From: an uncultured Gammaproteobacteria bacterium
GTDB lineage: Bacteria > Patescibacteriota > Patescibacteriia > Magasanikbacterales > GWA2-37-8
Direction: 5' to 3'
DNA: 64,000 nt
Assembly (NCBI GenBank): GCA_964536725.1
Contig: CAZHYJ010000001.1
Location: forward strand, 121,081 to 185,080
A program made the translations under genes and the position numbers. Positions 1 through 9,073 of the stretch are shown here, piece by piece (within the stretch, counting starts at the first letter, position 1; each line of letters starts with the position of its first letter). A model generated the notes under the pieces. It had not been told where the DNA came from and did not search any database. It saw only the letters and a list, made by a program, of their open reading frames with translations.

Positions 1-5
1 ACTTT

Positions 6-1031
6 TTGCTTACTTCCCCAGTAATGGCGGCAGAGAATTTGAATTTTACTGAGCTGGGCGTGCGCGAAGTGTACAACAAACTGATCAACACTCTTTGGAA
101 CGTAGTGGAATTTTATAAGATGTATGCGGGCGACAATGTGGGTGAAGTAAAAAGTGAGAATGTTTTGGATAAATGGATTTTGACCAAGTTGCAGGTGTTG
201 ATTGGTGACGTAACTAAGGGAATGGAGTCATATCATTTAGTCGATGCTAGCCGTCCATTGGTTGAGTTTGTGACGGAGTTATCGCAGTGGTATGTGCGTC
301 GTTCACGTGATCGGTTTAAAGGTGAAGATGAGAGTGGTAAAAAAGCGGCAATAGCGACCTTGCACCATGTGCTGGTAGTTTTGGCGAAAACTTTGGCGCC
401 GTTTACTCCTTTTATTGCCGAGAAGATTTGGTTGGAATTAAGTGGCAAAAAAACCAGCGTGCATTTGGAAGCTTGGCCGGAAGTAGATGAAAAAATGTTG
501 GATGAAAAAGTTTTGAGTGAAATGGTATTGGCACGTAAAGTGGTAGAGTTAGGTCTAGCTGCTCGGGCGGAAACCGGAATTAAAGTGAAACAGCCGTTGC
601 AATACATCCGCTATCAATCCAACCAGCTTTCGGAACAGTTAGAAAAAATTATCGCCGAAGAGTTGAACGTAAAAGAGGTGAAACATATTCCAGAAATCCG
701 AGAGGAAAACAATTGGGTGATAAAGGAAGATGTTAATGTTCGTATTGGTATAAACACGGTGATCTCGGAAGAATTGCGTGATGAGGGTCTGGCGCGGGAG
801 TTTATTCGTTTAATTAATCTAAAACGCAAAGACCTGAATTTAACGGTTAGTGACCTGGCAGCCGTTACGTATTGGACCGATTCATTGGAATTGCAGCGAG
901 CGATAGCAAACAATGAAGCGGAAATATCACGCAAAACATTAAGTAAAAAACTATCCTTGGTTAGGGATTTGGAAGGTGCTAAAGAAGAGGTTGGTGGCGG
1001 TAAAATAGTAGTTAATGTAGAGCGATTATAG
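6..1031 (+). CDS. ileS: Isoleucine--tRNA ligase, C-terminal part (gene begins upstream of window)
   Basis: Class Ia anticodon-binding domain motifs (WYVRRSRDRF, LAPFTPFIAE, SVHLEAWP, IKVKQPL, EELNVKEV) and C-terminal EGLARE typical of type 2 IleRS; N-terminus is off-window. Confidence 0.93.
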   Translation: MLTSPVMAAENLNFTELGVREVYNKLINTLWNVVEFYKMYAGDNVGEVKSENVLDKWILTKLQVLIGDVTKGMESYHLVDASRPLVEFVTELSQWYVRRSRDRFKGEDESGKKAAIATLHHVLVVLAKTLAPFTPFIAEKIWLELSGKKTSVHLEAWPEVDEKMLDEKVLSEMVLARKVVELGLAARAETGIKVKQPLQYIRYQSNQLSEQLEKIIAEELNVKEVKHIPEIREENNWVIKEDVNVRIGINTVISEELRDEGLAREFIRLINLKRKDLNLTVSDLAAVTYWTDSLELQRAIANNEAEISRKTLSKKLSLVRDLEGAKEEVGGGKIVVNVERL

Positions 1032-1036
1032 AGCTA

Positions 1037-1064
1037 TTGACAGCCTTTTCAGCAGTGATACAAT
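1037..1064 (+). promoter_or_regulatory. Sigma70-type promoter upstream of the ATP-grasp/KamA operon
   Basis: TTGACA (1037-1042), 16-nt spacer, TG-extended TACAAT (1059-1064). Confidence 0.65.
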
Positions 1065-1142
1065 TAGCAAGAAGTTTAATCATTTTATGGACCAAAAGGT
1101 CTCTGACGACCCATTGAGTATATTTAATTTTTTTCACATAAT

Positions 1143-1176
1143 ACCCAAGATCAACTAGTTTGGCTTGGGTTTTTTT
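1143..1176 (+). terminator. Intrinsic terminator-like hairpin ending about 10 nt before the ATP-grasp start codon
   Basis: ACCCAAG...CTTGGGT stem followed by a T tract. Confidence 0.65.
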
Positions 1177-1185
1177 AATTGTCTT

Positions 1186-2244
1186 ATGAATGGAAATGGT
1201 CACGATTTGTTTAAGGGGAAAAGGATAGCGATTTTGTACAGCGATGCCAAACGCGAATATTTTCCTACAGAACAACAATATATAACCGAGGCGGAAGTGA
1301 TTGATCGAGCAAAGATAATAGCACCGTATTTTGAAAAAATGGGTTGCGTGGTTGATTTGATACCGGGCAACGAAGAATTGACGGATATTTTGAAAAGTAA
1401 AAAACCAGATTTTGTTTTAAATTTAGTTGATTCGGTGCGTGGGGTTGAACATTTGTCCGCAATTATTCCTGCTACTTTGGAGTTGTTGAATATTCCTTAT
1501 GTCGGCACTGGTATGTTGGGGTTATCAATTAATTCGAATAAATTTTTGACCAAGAAGTTGATGGAACAGGTGGGATTACCGTTGCCGCGTTATCAATTAT
1601 TTTCTTCACCCAATGATCCATTGGATATTCATCTTAAGTTTCCATTAATTTCCAAACTGAATGAGATCCACGGAAGTGTGGCGATTGATCAAACAGCGGT
1701 GAGCGAAAATGAAGCACAGCTAAGAACGCGCATCCGTGAATTAATGGGTATTTATCACCAACCAATGTTGGTAGAAGAATTTATTGTCGGCAAAGAGTTC
1801 ACCGCTTTTATTTTGGAGGGTGCAACGCGCAAAGTTTATCTGGGGGAAAAAGTTTTTCAAGAAACGAGTGATAAATACAAAATCGCAACATTTGACGCAG
1901 TGTGGAATGATATTGGTAGCTACGATTATGCACGCGCTGATGGACACGGAATTTTGGAAAATTATGTGCGCTTGGCTTTTGATGTGTTGAAGATGGACGA
2001 CTATTCCAAGTTCGATGTGCGTCAGGATGAATCAGGGCGGTATTATTTTATCGATTGCAATGCCAATCCAGCTTTTGGTCCGATTGAGAGCGACTGTGCC
2101 ATCAGCCATGTTTTGAAAATGTATGGTATTGATTTTGACGAAATCTTGCGTCGTATTGTGGTGAATGTGGAGAAGGAAAATAATGTTAATAGCAGTAGCG
2201 ACTTCAGTTCTAATAATCCTAACTCAGAAAATATCAATAAATAA
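1186..2244 (+). CDS. ATP-grasp ligase, D-Ala--D-Ala ligase-like family (paralog 1)
   Basis: Ddl-like motifs LELLNIPYVG, NKFLTK, LVEEFIVGKEFT, DVR..YYFIDCNANP; ATG at 1186 preferred over TTG at 1165. Confidence 0.85.
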   Translation: MNGNGHDLFKGKRIAILYSDAKREYFPTEQQYITEAEVIDRAKIIAPYFEKMGCVVDLIPGNEELTDILKSKKPDFVLNLVDSVRGVEHLSAIIPATLELLNIPYVGTGMLGLSINSNKFLTKKLMEQVGLPLPRYQLFSSPNDPLDIHLKFPLISKLNEIHGSVAIDQTAVSENEAQLRTRIRELMGIYHQPMLVEEFIVGKEFTAFILEGATRKVYLGEKVFQETSDKYKIATFDAVWNDIGSYDYARADGHGILENYVRLAFDVLKMDDYSKFDVRQDESGRYYFIDCNANPAFGPIESDCAISHVLKMYGIDFDEILRRIVVNVEKENNVNSSSDFSSNNPNSENINK

Positions 2245-2246
2245 TT

Positions 2247-3269
2247 ATGCGCGTTGCGTTTACCTATAATGTTCGTCATGTTAAACCTGATATCAATAAT
2301 CCACAATACTTGAAAGAAGCGGAATTTGATGAGCCAGAAACAATCGAGGGGATTACTAAAGCTTTGAAAGAGTTGGGGCACGAAGTGATAAAAATAGAAG
2401 CGGATGAATTTGCTTTTGAAAAATTGCGAGCGGAAAAAAATAATATAGATATTGTTTTTAATATTGCCGAGGGGGCAAACGGAGCTGATCGCGAAGCGCA
2501 GTTGCCGGCAATTATGGAGATGTTGCAGATTCCATATACTGGACCGAAGCCGTTGGGCTATGCGGTTGGTTTGAATAAATCAGTGGCCAAAGAAATTTTG
2601 TCATATTATAAAATTGCGACACCGCATTGGATGACAGTAAATAAGATTGATTATCTGGATAGTCATGATTTTAAACATTTTCCGGCTATTGCGAAGCCGT
2701 TGGGCGAAGGTTCAAGTAAAGGAATTAGAGCTAAGAATTTTGTTAATAATGAAGAGGAGTTAAAAAAAGTAGTCAGTGATTTATTGGTTGAGTTTAATCA
2801 ACCAGTATTGGTAGAAGAGTTTCTTCCCGGACGTGAATTTACTGTGGCGGCGATTGGCCATCCGACACGAATTTTACCAATCGTGGAAATAGTTTTTGAT
2901 GCACTACCTGCTGGGATGCCAGCTTTTGACCATTATGAGGCCAAATGGATTTATGATAATCCGGAGGGGCCAGACCCACTAATTTGTCCGGCCAATATTT
3001 CTTCAGAATTAAAAGAGAAAATTGAACACCTGTGTTTAGAGGCTTTCAATGCTCTGGAAATGGAGGATTGGGCACGTTTTGATATTCGTTTGGATAAAAA
3101 TGGTGAGCCTAATTTTATTGAAGTAAATTGCCCGCCTGGGATTATTCCTGACCCCAAAGAAAATTCTCGTTTTCCTCGTGCAGCACGAGCGGGTGGTCTG
3201 GATTACGCCCAAATGATTGAAGAAATATTGCGATCATCCTGTTCGCGGTATGGGTTAGAATATAAATAA
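2247..3269 (+). CDS. ATP-grasp ligase, D-Ala--D-Ala ligase-like family (paralog 2)
   Basis: DIVFNIAEG, IPYTG, KPLGEGSSKGI, LVEEFLPGREFTV, ARFDIR, FIEVNCPPG. Confidence 0.88.
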   Translation: MRVAFTYNVRHVKPDINNPQYLKEAEFDEPETIEGITKALKELGHEVIKIEADEFAFEKLRAEKNNIDIVFNIAEGANGADREAQLPAIMEMLQIPYTGPKPLGYAVGLNKSVAKEILSYYKIATPHWMTVNKIDYLDSHDFKHFPAIAKPLGEGSSKGIRAKNFVNNEEELKKVVSDLLVEFNQPVLVEEFLPGREFTVAAIGHPTRILPIVEIVFDALPAGMPAFDHYEAKWIYDNPEGPDPLICPANISSELKEKIEHLCLEAFNALEMEDWARFDIRLDKNGEPNFIEVNCPPGIIPDPKENSRFPRAARAGGLDYAQMIEEILRSSCSRYGLEYK

Positions 3270-3276
3270 CTGTTTT

Positions 3277-4212
3277 ATGCTTTTGTATACTCCATTATCT
3301 CCACAATTAAAAAAACTGTCGACTGTCTGTCGTGAGATTAACAAACAGTTTGTTCCAAGTAAAGTTGAAGGTCAGAATGAAAGTAAAACTTTTGTGGATC
3401 CATTATGTGAAGATGAGCACACTGTTTGTCGTGGTTTGGTCCACAAGTATCCTAATCGTGTATTGGTGTTGTTGACCATGCGTTGTGCCGCCTATTGTCG
3501 TTTTTGCACCCGACGAAGAATGGTTTCGGAGGTTGAGCAAGGTATGGTGACCGAACATGATTTGGACAAGATGGTGGTGTATATTAAAAAACACTCAGAG
3601 ATAAAAGAATTGATTTTTTCTGGCGGCGATCCTTTGGTGGTGCCGGATTTATTAAAACGTGCTTTGAAAAAATTAGGTGGTTTGCCACAAATTAAAATAA
3701 TCCGCGTGGGGACAAGATTGCATTTTTCTAACCCGGCATTGGTGGATAAAAAAGTTTTAGACGCCTTGCGAACAGTGAAAAACAAGCCATTGTATTTAAT
3801 GGTCCACTTTGAACATCCAAGTGAATTAACCGCGGCAACTAAACGTGCCGTTAAATTATTACAATCAGTTTCAACAATGTTATTGTCACAAACGGTTTCT
3901 TTGCATGGCGTAAATGATTCCGTTGACACTTTGTACAATCTTTTTTCTGGCTTGATTGAAATTGGAGTAAAGCCGTACTATCTATTTCGCTGTGATTTAG
4001 TTAAAGGAGCAGAACACTTTTTGGTTGATTTTAAAAAAGAACGAAAAATTGTTAGTGAACTGCGTCGGCAATTGAGTGGTATCGCTATGCCTTTGTATGT
4101 GATAGACGTTCCAGGTGGTAATGGTAAAATTCCAGTGCCACTTGATTTTTGGCCGCTGGCCGATGGAGTTAAATATCGTGATTTCTTGGGTAAATTAAAT
4201 AAAATCGTGTAG
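3277..4212 (+). CDS. KamA-family radical SAM protein (lysine 2,3-aminomutase-like)
   Basis: HKYPNR, CxxxCxxC (CAAYCRFC) followed by RRR, SGGDPL, PYYLFRCD, PLP-lysine motif YVIDVPGGNGK. Confidence 0.92.
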   Translation: MLLYTPLSPQLKKLSTVCREINKQFVPSKVEGQNESKTFVDPLCEDEHTVCRGLVHKYPNRVLVLLTMRCAAYCRFCTRRRMVSEVEQGMVTEHDLDKMVVYIKKHSEIKELIFSGGDPLVVPDLLKRALKKLGGLPQIKIIRVGTRLHFSNPALVDKKVLDALRTVKNKPLYLMVHFEHPSELTAATKRAVKLLQSVSTMLLSQTVSLHGVNDSVDTLYNLFSGLIEIGVKPYYLFRCDLVKGAEHFLVDFKKERKIVSELRRQLSGIAMPLYVIDVPGGNGKIPVPLDFWPLADGVKYRDFLGKLNKIV

Positions 4213-4302
4213 TTTATTTCCTATATCTTAGCTAAAAATCGGGTTGACAGCCCGGTTTTTTTGCGTTATTATTCAGTTGTAATTCATGTTTTTAATAATG
4301 AT

Positions 4303-5274
4303 ATGTTAAGTGTTAAAGAGGTTTTTGATTTGGCTGTAAAACTTGGCAAAGCAGCCGATCCACGTGGTGAAGCGGGTATTAAAGAATATTTGGCTGACAT
4401 CAAAAAAGATTATGATAATGCTAAGCCAAAAGATAAGGAATATTTAGACCAGGAACGTCTCCTGCATCCTTTTTCTGATAGTGGAGTGCATGTTGATATG
4501 GGTAAAACAGAAGTCAAACGTGTTTTGTCTGGTATTGATATTGATACTGGGGAAATACTTTTAGCTTCGCAACTGAGTGAGCGTGGCAAAAAAATTGATT
4601 TAGTAATCGGTCATCATCCGTTGGGGCGTGGGTTGGCTGATCTGCATGGTGTAATGGATATGCAGGTGGCAATTTTTGAACGTGCTGGTGTGCCGGTGCA
4701 TATTGCCGAAAAAATTATGGAGGAAAGAATAAGAGAAGTGGGGCGTGGTTTACATCCAATTAATCATTATCAAATTATTGATATAGCGCGATTATTAGGT
4801 GTAAATTTGATCAACACTCACACACCAACTGACAATTTGGTAAACAAGTTTTTAACAGAATTTTTTGCTAAGAAAAAAATGCGTACGGTAGGAGATCTAG
4901 TGGATGCTTTGTTAGAAATTCCAGAATATCAAGAAGCGAAGCGTCGAGGAGCTGGACCAAAACTTTTTGCTGGTAGTCCCAAGAATCGTTTAGGAAAATG
5001 GTTGTTAGAAATGACTGGTGGTACAGGCACTTCAGATTCAGTTTACGAATCGTTATCAAGTCATGGCATCAGTACGATTATTGGCATGCACATGCGTGAT
5101 AGTGCACGTATCAAAGCCAACGAACACCATATGAATGTGATAATTGCCGGTCATATTGCTTCAGATTCTTTGGGTATGAATTTGTATTTGGATGAATTAG
5201 AAAGAAAAGGGATCGAGATTGTGCCATGTAGTGGTTTAATCCGAGTGAGTCGCGTTAAAAAAGGCAAGAAATAA
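4303..5274 (+). CDS. NIF3/NGG1-interacting-factor-like dinuclear metal protein
   Basis: GIDID, HHP, HTPTDN, GMH and AGHIASDSLG metal-ligand motifs; ATG at 4303. Confidence 0.75.
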   Translation: MLSVKEVFDLAVKLGKAADPRGEAGIKEYLADIKKDYDNAKPKDKEYLDQERLLHPFSDSGVHVDMGKTEVKRVLSGIDIDTGEILLASQLSERGKKIDLVIGHHPLGRGLADLHGVMDMQVAIFERAGVPVHIAEKIMEERIREVGRGLHPINHYQIIDIARLLGVNLINTHTPTDNLVNKFLTEFFAKKKMRTVGDLVDALLEIPEYQEAKRRGAGPKLFAGSPKNRLGKWLLEMTGGTGTSDSVYESLSSHGISTIIGMHMRDSARIKANEHHMNVIIAGHIASDSLGMNLYLDELERKGIEIVPCSGLIRVSRVKKGKK

Positions 5275-5278
5275 TTTT

Positions 5279-5851
5279 ATGATTTCTTTGTTGCAGGGGA
5301 AAATAATCAACAACAAAAATGGGCAAGTACTGGTGATGACCGCTGGTGGTGTGGGGTATTCTGTTTATGGCAGTTTGTCAGGGTTGAAAAAATGGAAAGC
5401 CGGTAGCGAAGAAACTGTCCTAACATATCTGGTGGTGCGAGAAAATGCCCTAGATCTTTATGGTTTTGTCGACGAGGCAGAACGGGACTTATTTTTGCAC
5501 CTCATTCAAGTGAGTGGTGTTGGTCCGAAAACCGCATTGCACATTTTGTCTTTAGGCACGACAGCAGAAATTGGTTCGGCGATATCACGCGGTGATTTAA
5601 ATTACTTAACCAAAGTCAGCGGAATCGGTAAAAAAACTGCTGAGAGGATTATTATCGAACTGAGAGACAAGGTGTCGGTGTCTTTTGGTGATAGTAAAGA
5701 AGAAGTATCGGGAGTGTCTAGTGATGTAGTGGAAGGTCTGGTGTCTTTGGGTTATGCAGCTAATGATGCCCGTGAAGTAGTTAAAAAAATAAATGTTCAG
5801 GGTAAGACGACAGAACAGGTATTGCGTGAGGCGTTGCAGAATATAAAATAA
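5279..5851 (+). CDS. ruvA: Holliday junction branch migration protein RuvA
   Basis: GGVGY, VRENALDLYGF, VSGVGPKTAL, GIGKKTAERIIIEL, LVSLGY. Confidence 0.97.
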   Translation: MISLLQGKIINNKNGQVLVMTAGGVGYSVYGSLSGLKKWKAGSEETVLTYLVVRENALDLYGFVDEAERDLFLHLIQVSGVGPKTALHILSLGTTAEIGSAISRGDLNYLTKVSGIGKKTAERIIIELRDKVSVSFGDSKEEVSGVSSDVVEGLVSLGYAANDAREVVKKINVQGKTTEQVLREALQNIK

Positions 5852-5856
5852 GGAAT

Positions 5857-5970
5857 AAAAAAGACCGGCGTATTTGTAATTTTTTCGCTTTCCTCGGCCG
5901 CGAGGCCTCAGGAATGAAGTCTGTGGACTTCATAACCCGCTCAAAAAATACAAACACGCCGGTCTTTTTT
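5857..5970. repeat. Palindromic intergenic repeat, family A copy 1
   Basis: About 22-bp outer inverted repeat enclosing core TTCGCTTTCCTCGGCCGCGAGGCCTCAGGAATGA...TCATAACCCGCTCA, nearly identical to the core at 16392-16491. Confidence 0.85.
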
Positions 5971-5973
5971 TGT

Positions 5974-7524
5974 TTATTTTAACTTTTCTCTCAATAGTTT
6001 TTCAGCTACTGCTGGATCGGCACTTCCCTCAGTTGCCTTCATCACCATTCCTTTTAAAAACTGTAACAAAGGCTCTTTGCCGGCTTTAAATTGTGCTACT
6101 TGCACAGGGTTGTTTTTTATCACCTCATCAATAACTGATCCTAATTGCCCTTCATCACTGACCTGGCCGTAGCCTTTTTCTTCCATAATATGGGTAGGAT
6201 CGGTGTCGGTGTTGTTGTCTAGCATCTCTTCCAATATCTTCTGAGCATTGGTAGAGTTTACTCGCTGGGAATATGACAATGCTAAAAGTTCAGCAAAATT
6301 TTCCGCTTTTAATTTTAATATGCGAATATCAATTTTTCGCTCGGCCATTGCCCCCATTAATTTTGACGCAATCCAGCCGCCGATTAATTTACCGAGTTGT
6401 TGTCTCTTGTTCTCTAATATTGTGTCACTTTCTTTTTTGTTTTCTGGTAAAGAGTGTAACCATTCGATTAATTCGGTATATACTTCTTCAGTGTAGTTTG
6501 CCCAATGAGGATCAGAAGTTAGAAGATCAGCATCGGCGTAGGAAAGACCCAACTCAGTATGGAAGCGATTTCTCTTGGCCTGGGGAAGTTCTGGCAAAAT
6601 TGTTTTCTCTGCGATAGTGAGTGGTTCAAAAGGTGGAATATCTGGCTCGGGGAAATAGCGATAGTCGGCGGCAGTTTCTTTTTCACGCTGTAAAACCGTT
6701 TCGCCTTTGTTGTCATCCCAACCGCGAGTTTGTTGTTTCCAACTTTCGCCTTTTTCCAACATTGCAGTCTGGCGTTTTATTTCAAAATCAATTGCTTTTT
6801 CTACGGCACGGAAGGAATTAATATTTTTTACTTCAACTTTAGGGTTTAGGGTGTAACCCTCTACTGGTTTCACCACGCCGTTTTCAATCGTGAATTTTCC
6901 TTCCTCTTGAAGAGAGGTATTAGCTTCACAACGCATGTGGCCTTTTTCCATGTCAGCGTTGCTTACTTCCAAATAGCGGAAGATTGTTTGTAACTCTTGG
7001 CAATATAGTTTAGCCTCAATTCCGCTTTTAATGTCAGGGTCAGACACTATTTCCACTAAGGGTACCCCGGCGCGGTTAAAATCTACCAAAGTGTCGCCGC
7101 TGGCGGAGTGTGTCAGTTTAGCTGTGTCTTCTTCTAAATGCACACGGGTGATACCGATAGTGGCTTCTTCTCGAGCGTTCTTTCTGCCAATTAAATTTAA
7201 TTCAAGTTTGCCGTGTTCGCCAATTGGTTGGTCATATTGGGAAATTTGATAACCTTTTGGTAGGTCAGGATAAAAGTAATGTTTACGATCAAACTTGCTC
7301 AGTTTGCTTATTTCACACCCTAAAGCTCGGGCAATTTTTACTGTCCACTCAATCGCGGCTTTGTTGGGTATGGGTAAAGTTCCAGGGTGAGCAAGGCAGG
7401 TCGGGCAAATATTGGTGTTAGGCGTAGAACGATCGGGGTCATTAAAACAAGGGCAAAACATCTTGCTTTTGGTCTTTAGTTCGACGTGGACTTCTAGGCC
7501 GATAATGGGTATATATTTTGGCAT
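5974..7524 (-). CDS. gatB: Asp-tRNA(Asn)/Glu-tRNA(Gln) amidotransferase subunit B
   Basis: IGLEVHVEL, FDRKHYFYPDLPKGYQISQ, HLEEDTAK, DYRYFPEPD. Confidence 0.98.
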   Translation of the reverse strand: MPKYIPIIGLEVHVELKTKSKMFCPCFNDPDRSTPNTNICPTCLAHPGTLPIPNKAAIEWTVKIARALGCEISKLSKFDRKHYFYPDLPKGYQISQYDQPIGEHGKLELNLIGRKNAREEATIGITRVHLEEDTAKLTHSASGDTLVDFNRAGVPLVEIVSDPDIKSGIEAKLYCQELQTIFRYLEVSNADMEKGHMRCEANTSLQEEGKFTIENGVVKPVEGYTLNPKVEVKNINSFRAVEKAIDFEIKRQTAMLEKGESWKQQTRGWDDNKGETVLQREKETAADYRYFPEPDIPPFEPLTIAEKTILPELPQAKRNRFHTELGLSYADADLLTSDPHWANYTEEVYTELIEWLHSLPENKKESDTILENKRQQLGKLIGGWIASKLMGAMAERKIDIRILKLKAENFAELLALSYSQRVNSTNAQKILEEMLDNNTDTDPTHIMEEKGYGQVSDEGQLGSVIDEVIKNNPVQVAQFKAGKEPLLQFLKGMVMKATEGSADPAVAEKLLREKLK

Positions 7525-7605
7525 ATTTGAGGGAAATTAACGTTGTAATTCTAACATTAAATAAAAAAAACGTCCACTTTTTTAAAGTAGACGTTTTTGG
7601 TGGGG

Positions 7606-8361
7606 TTAGATTGTGGGTGGCGGTGTATTAACTGTTGGTGTTTCTTTGGCGTTGATATAGAGACCGACCAGAGAGGTAATTAAAGCTGGGGTTATAATTA
7701 TATTAAACAATGACGCTAACGAGCTGTTTACAATTCCCAAAGTGGTAGTTGATATTCCTTTTGCATATCCAAGCACGGTCATGATAATTAGTTGTATGAT
7801 GGTCGAGATGATCGCATAGACAACAATGGTGACCAATATCCTCCAGGCAATTTTCCACCATCTTCCAACTACTAAAGATTTGCTGGCGGAAAATGAATTT
7901 TTCCAGTTTTTATTATCTAAAATTATTGCGTAAGAGGTAAAATTGTACCAAACAAAAAAGATTATACCAGGGATAACAAACAGAATTGAACCGAGGGCAA
8001 TTAGGAGTGTTACTAGGATCGAGTTGATAATCAAAGGAAAAATTAGACGGCTGTTGTTGGTCAGAGTTTCTTTCCATCCCAATGGAGTTTGGCCTGTCCA
8101 TGCGGCAGCAGCAGTTTGGATAATGCCAGTTGTAATCCACAGACTAAAAACTAATGAGGTGATGTAGACTAAAAATATGATCAAGTCGTTGATTAAACGG
8201 TTGGCTTTTAGACGGAGTTCGATTTCAATACCAATATATCCAGCCAAAAAGACAACTATTCCAGTTAGAGTTAGTAGGATTAGATAGGGGAGAAAATGGC
8301 GCCAGTAGCGACGATAGTTGCTCCAACCCTGGCCAATTAAATCTGTGGCACTTGTTAACAT
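7606..8361 (-). CDS. Integral membrane protein, about 5-6 TM segments
   Basis: Hydrophobic segments and LFVIPGII...ASKSLVVGRWW motif seen in small CPR membrane proteins; overlaps the tmk stop. Confidence 0.7.
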   Translation of the reverse strand: MLTSATDLIGQGWSNYRRYWRHFLPYLILLTLTGIVVFLAGYIGIEIELRLKANRLINDLIIFLVYITSLVFSLWITTGIIQTAAAAWTGQTPLGWKETLTNNSRLIFPLIINSILVTLLIALGSILFVIPGIIFFVWYNFTSYAIILDNKNWKNSFSASKSLVVGRWWKIAWRILVTIVVYAIISTIIQLIIMTVLGYAKGISTTTLGIVNSSLASLFNIIITPALITSLVGLYINAKETPTVNTPPPTI

Positions 8362-9071
8362 ATATTTTTATTTAAAATTTTGTTTAGAAGATTGCTTGCT
8401 TCTTGTTTCATTATATCAATTTTCTGGTTTCCATTCAAATGAATTACTTTGGTACCGCGCTTAGTAAAAATATTTTTGAGCTCAGAAGAAAAAAATTGTT
8501 TGGCGGATTTTTTTAGGAAGGGTAAATTTTCAAAGATAGCGTCATCTTGTTTTCCGGTACGTGCACTTAGTCGGTGAGCTGCTTCAGTAGGGTCAATTTT
8601 AACTAAGACAAGAAAATCCGGGCGATTGGCCAGCGCTAATTTATTGCCTGGTAAAGCGCAGATTTTTTTCATAGTAAATTTGGGATCAGGCAGAGACTGA
8701 TAGGCAAGTGAGGTAGTAATACTACGATCTTGAATAATGCATTTGCCGGCTTTTAGTAGGGGAATGTGTATTTTAGTGTAAAGTATTAGACGGTCTAGGG
8801 AGTATGCTTCAGCTAGTGCTTGCACTGGATAGGCGGTGCCCTTTTTGATTAATTCTTGACGGATAACCGCTCCAACTCCAACATAGGTTGGTTCTGCAGA
8901 AAAGATAAAATCATAACCATTAAGTTCTGACAATTCTGGAAAACGTCCGGTCTCTTGCATGTATTTTTTTAAATCAAAAACAGCGTTTCCTTGTTTGGTT
9001 AATACTTCTTTCCAAGTTTCGATGATGGTACTTTTTCCTCCGCCGTCGATACTATCAACGATGATGAACAT
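8355..9071 (-). CDS. tmk: Thymidylate kinase
   Basis: P-loop IDGGGKST, EPT, DRSITTSLAYQ, PDFLV; thymidylate operon context. Confidence 0.88.
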   Translation of the reverse strand: MFIIVDSIDGGGKSTIIETWKEVLTKQGNAVFDLKKYMQETGRFPELSELNGYDFIFSAEPTYVGVGAVIRQELIKKGTAYPVQALAEAYSLDRLILYTKIHIPLLKAGKCIIQDRSITTSLAYQSLPDPKFTMKKICALPGNKLALANRPDFLVLVKIDPTEAAHRLSARTGKQDDAIFENLPFLKKSAKQFFSSELKNIFTKRGTKVIHLNGNQKIDIMKQEASNLLNKILNKNIC

Positions 9072-9073
9072 AT

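Noticed and set aside
1087-1115. Hammerhead ribozyme (CTGACGA core), or fluoride/guanidine riboswitch
   Set aside because: No stem II plus GAAA for a hammerhead, and the 5' elements or paired ACGR hairpins of those riboswitches are missing
1186-3269. Calling the ATP-grasp genes ddl or van
   Set aside because: They lack the GG.S.E and HG..GEDG motifs and have no cell-wall or van gene context
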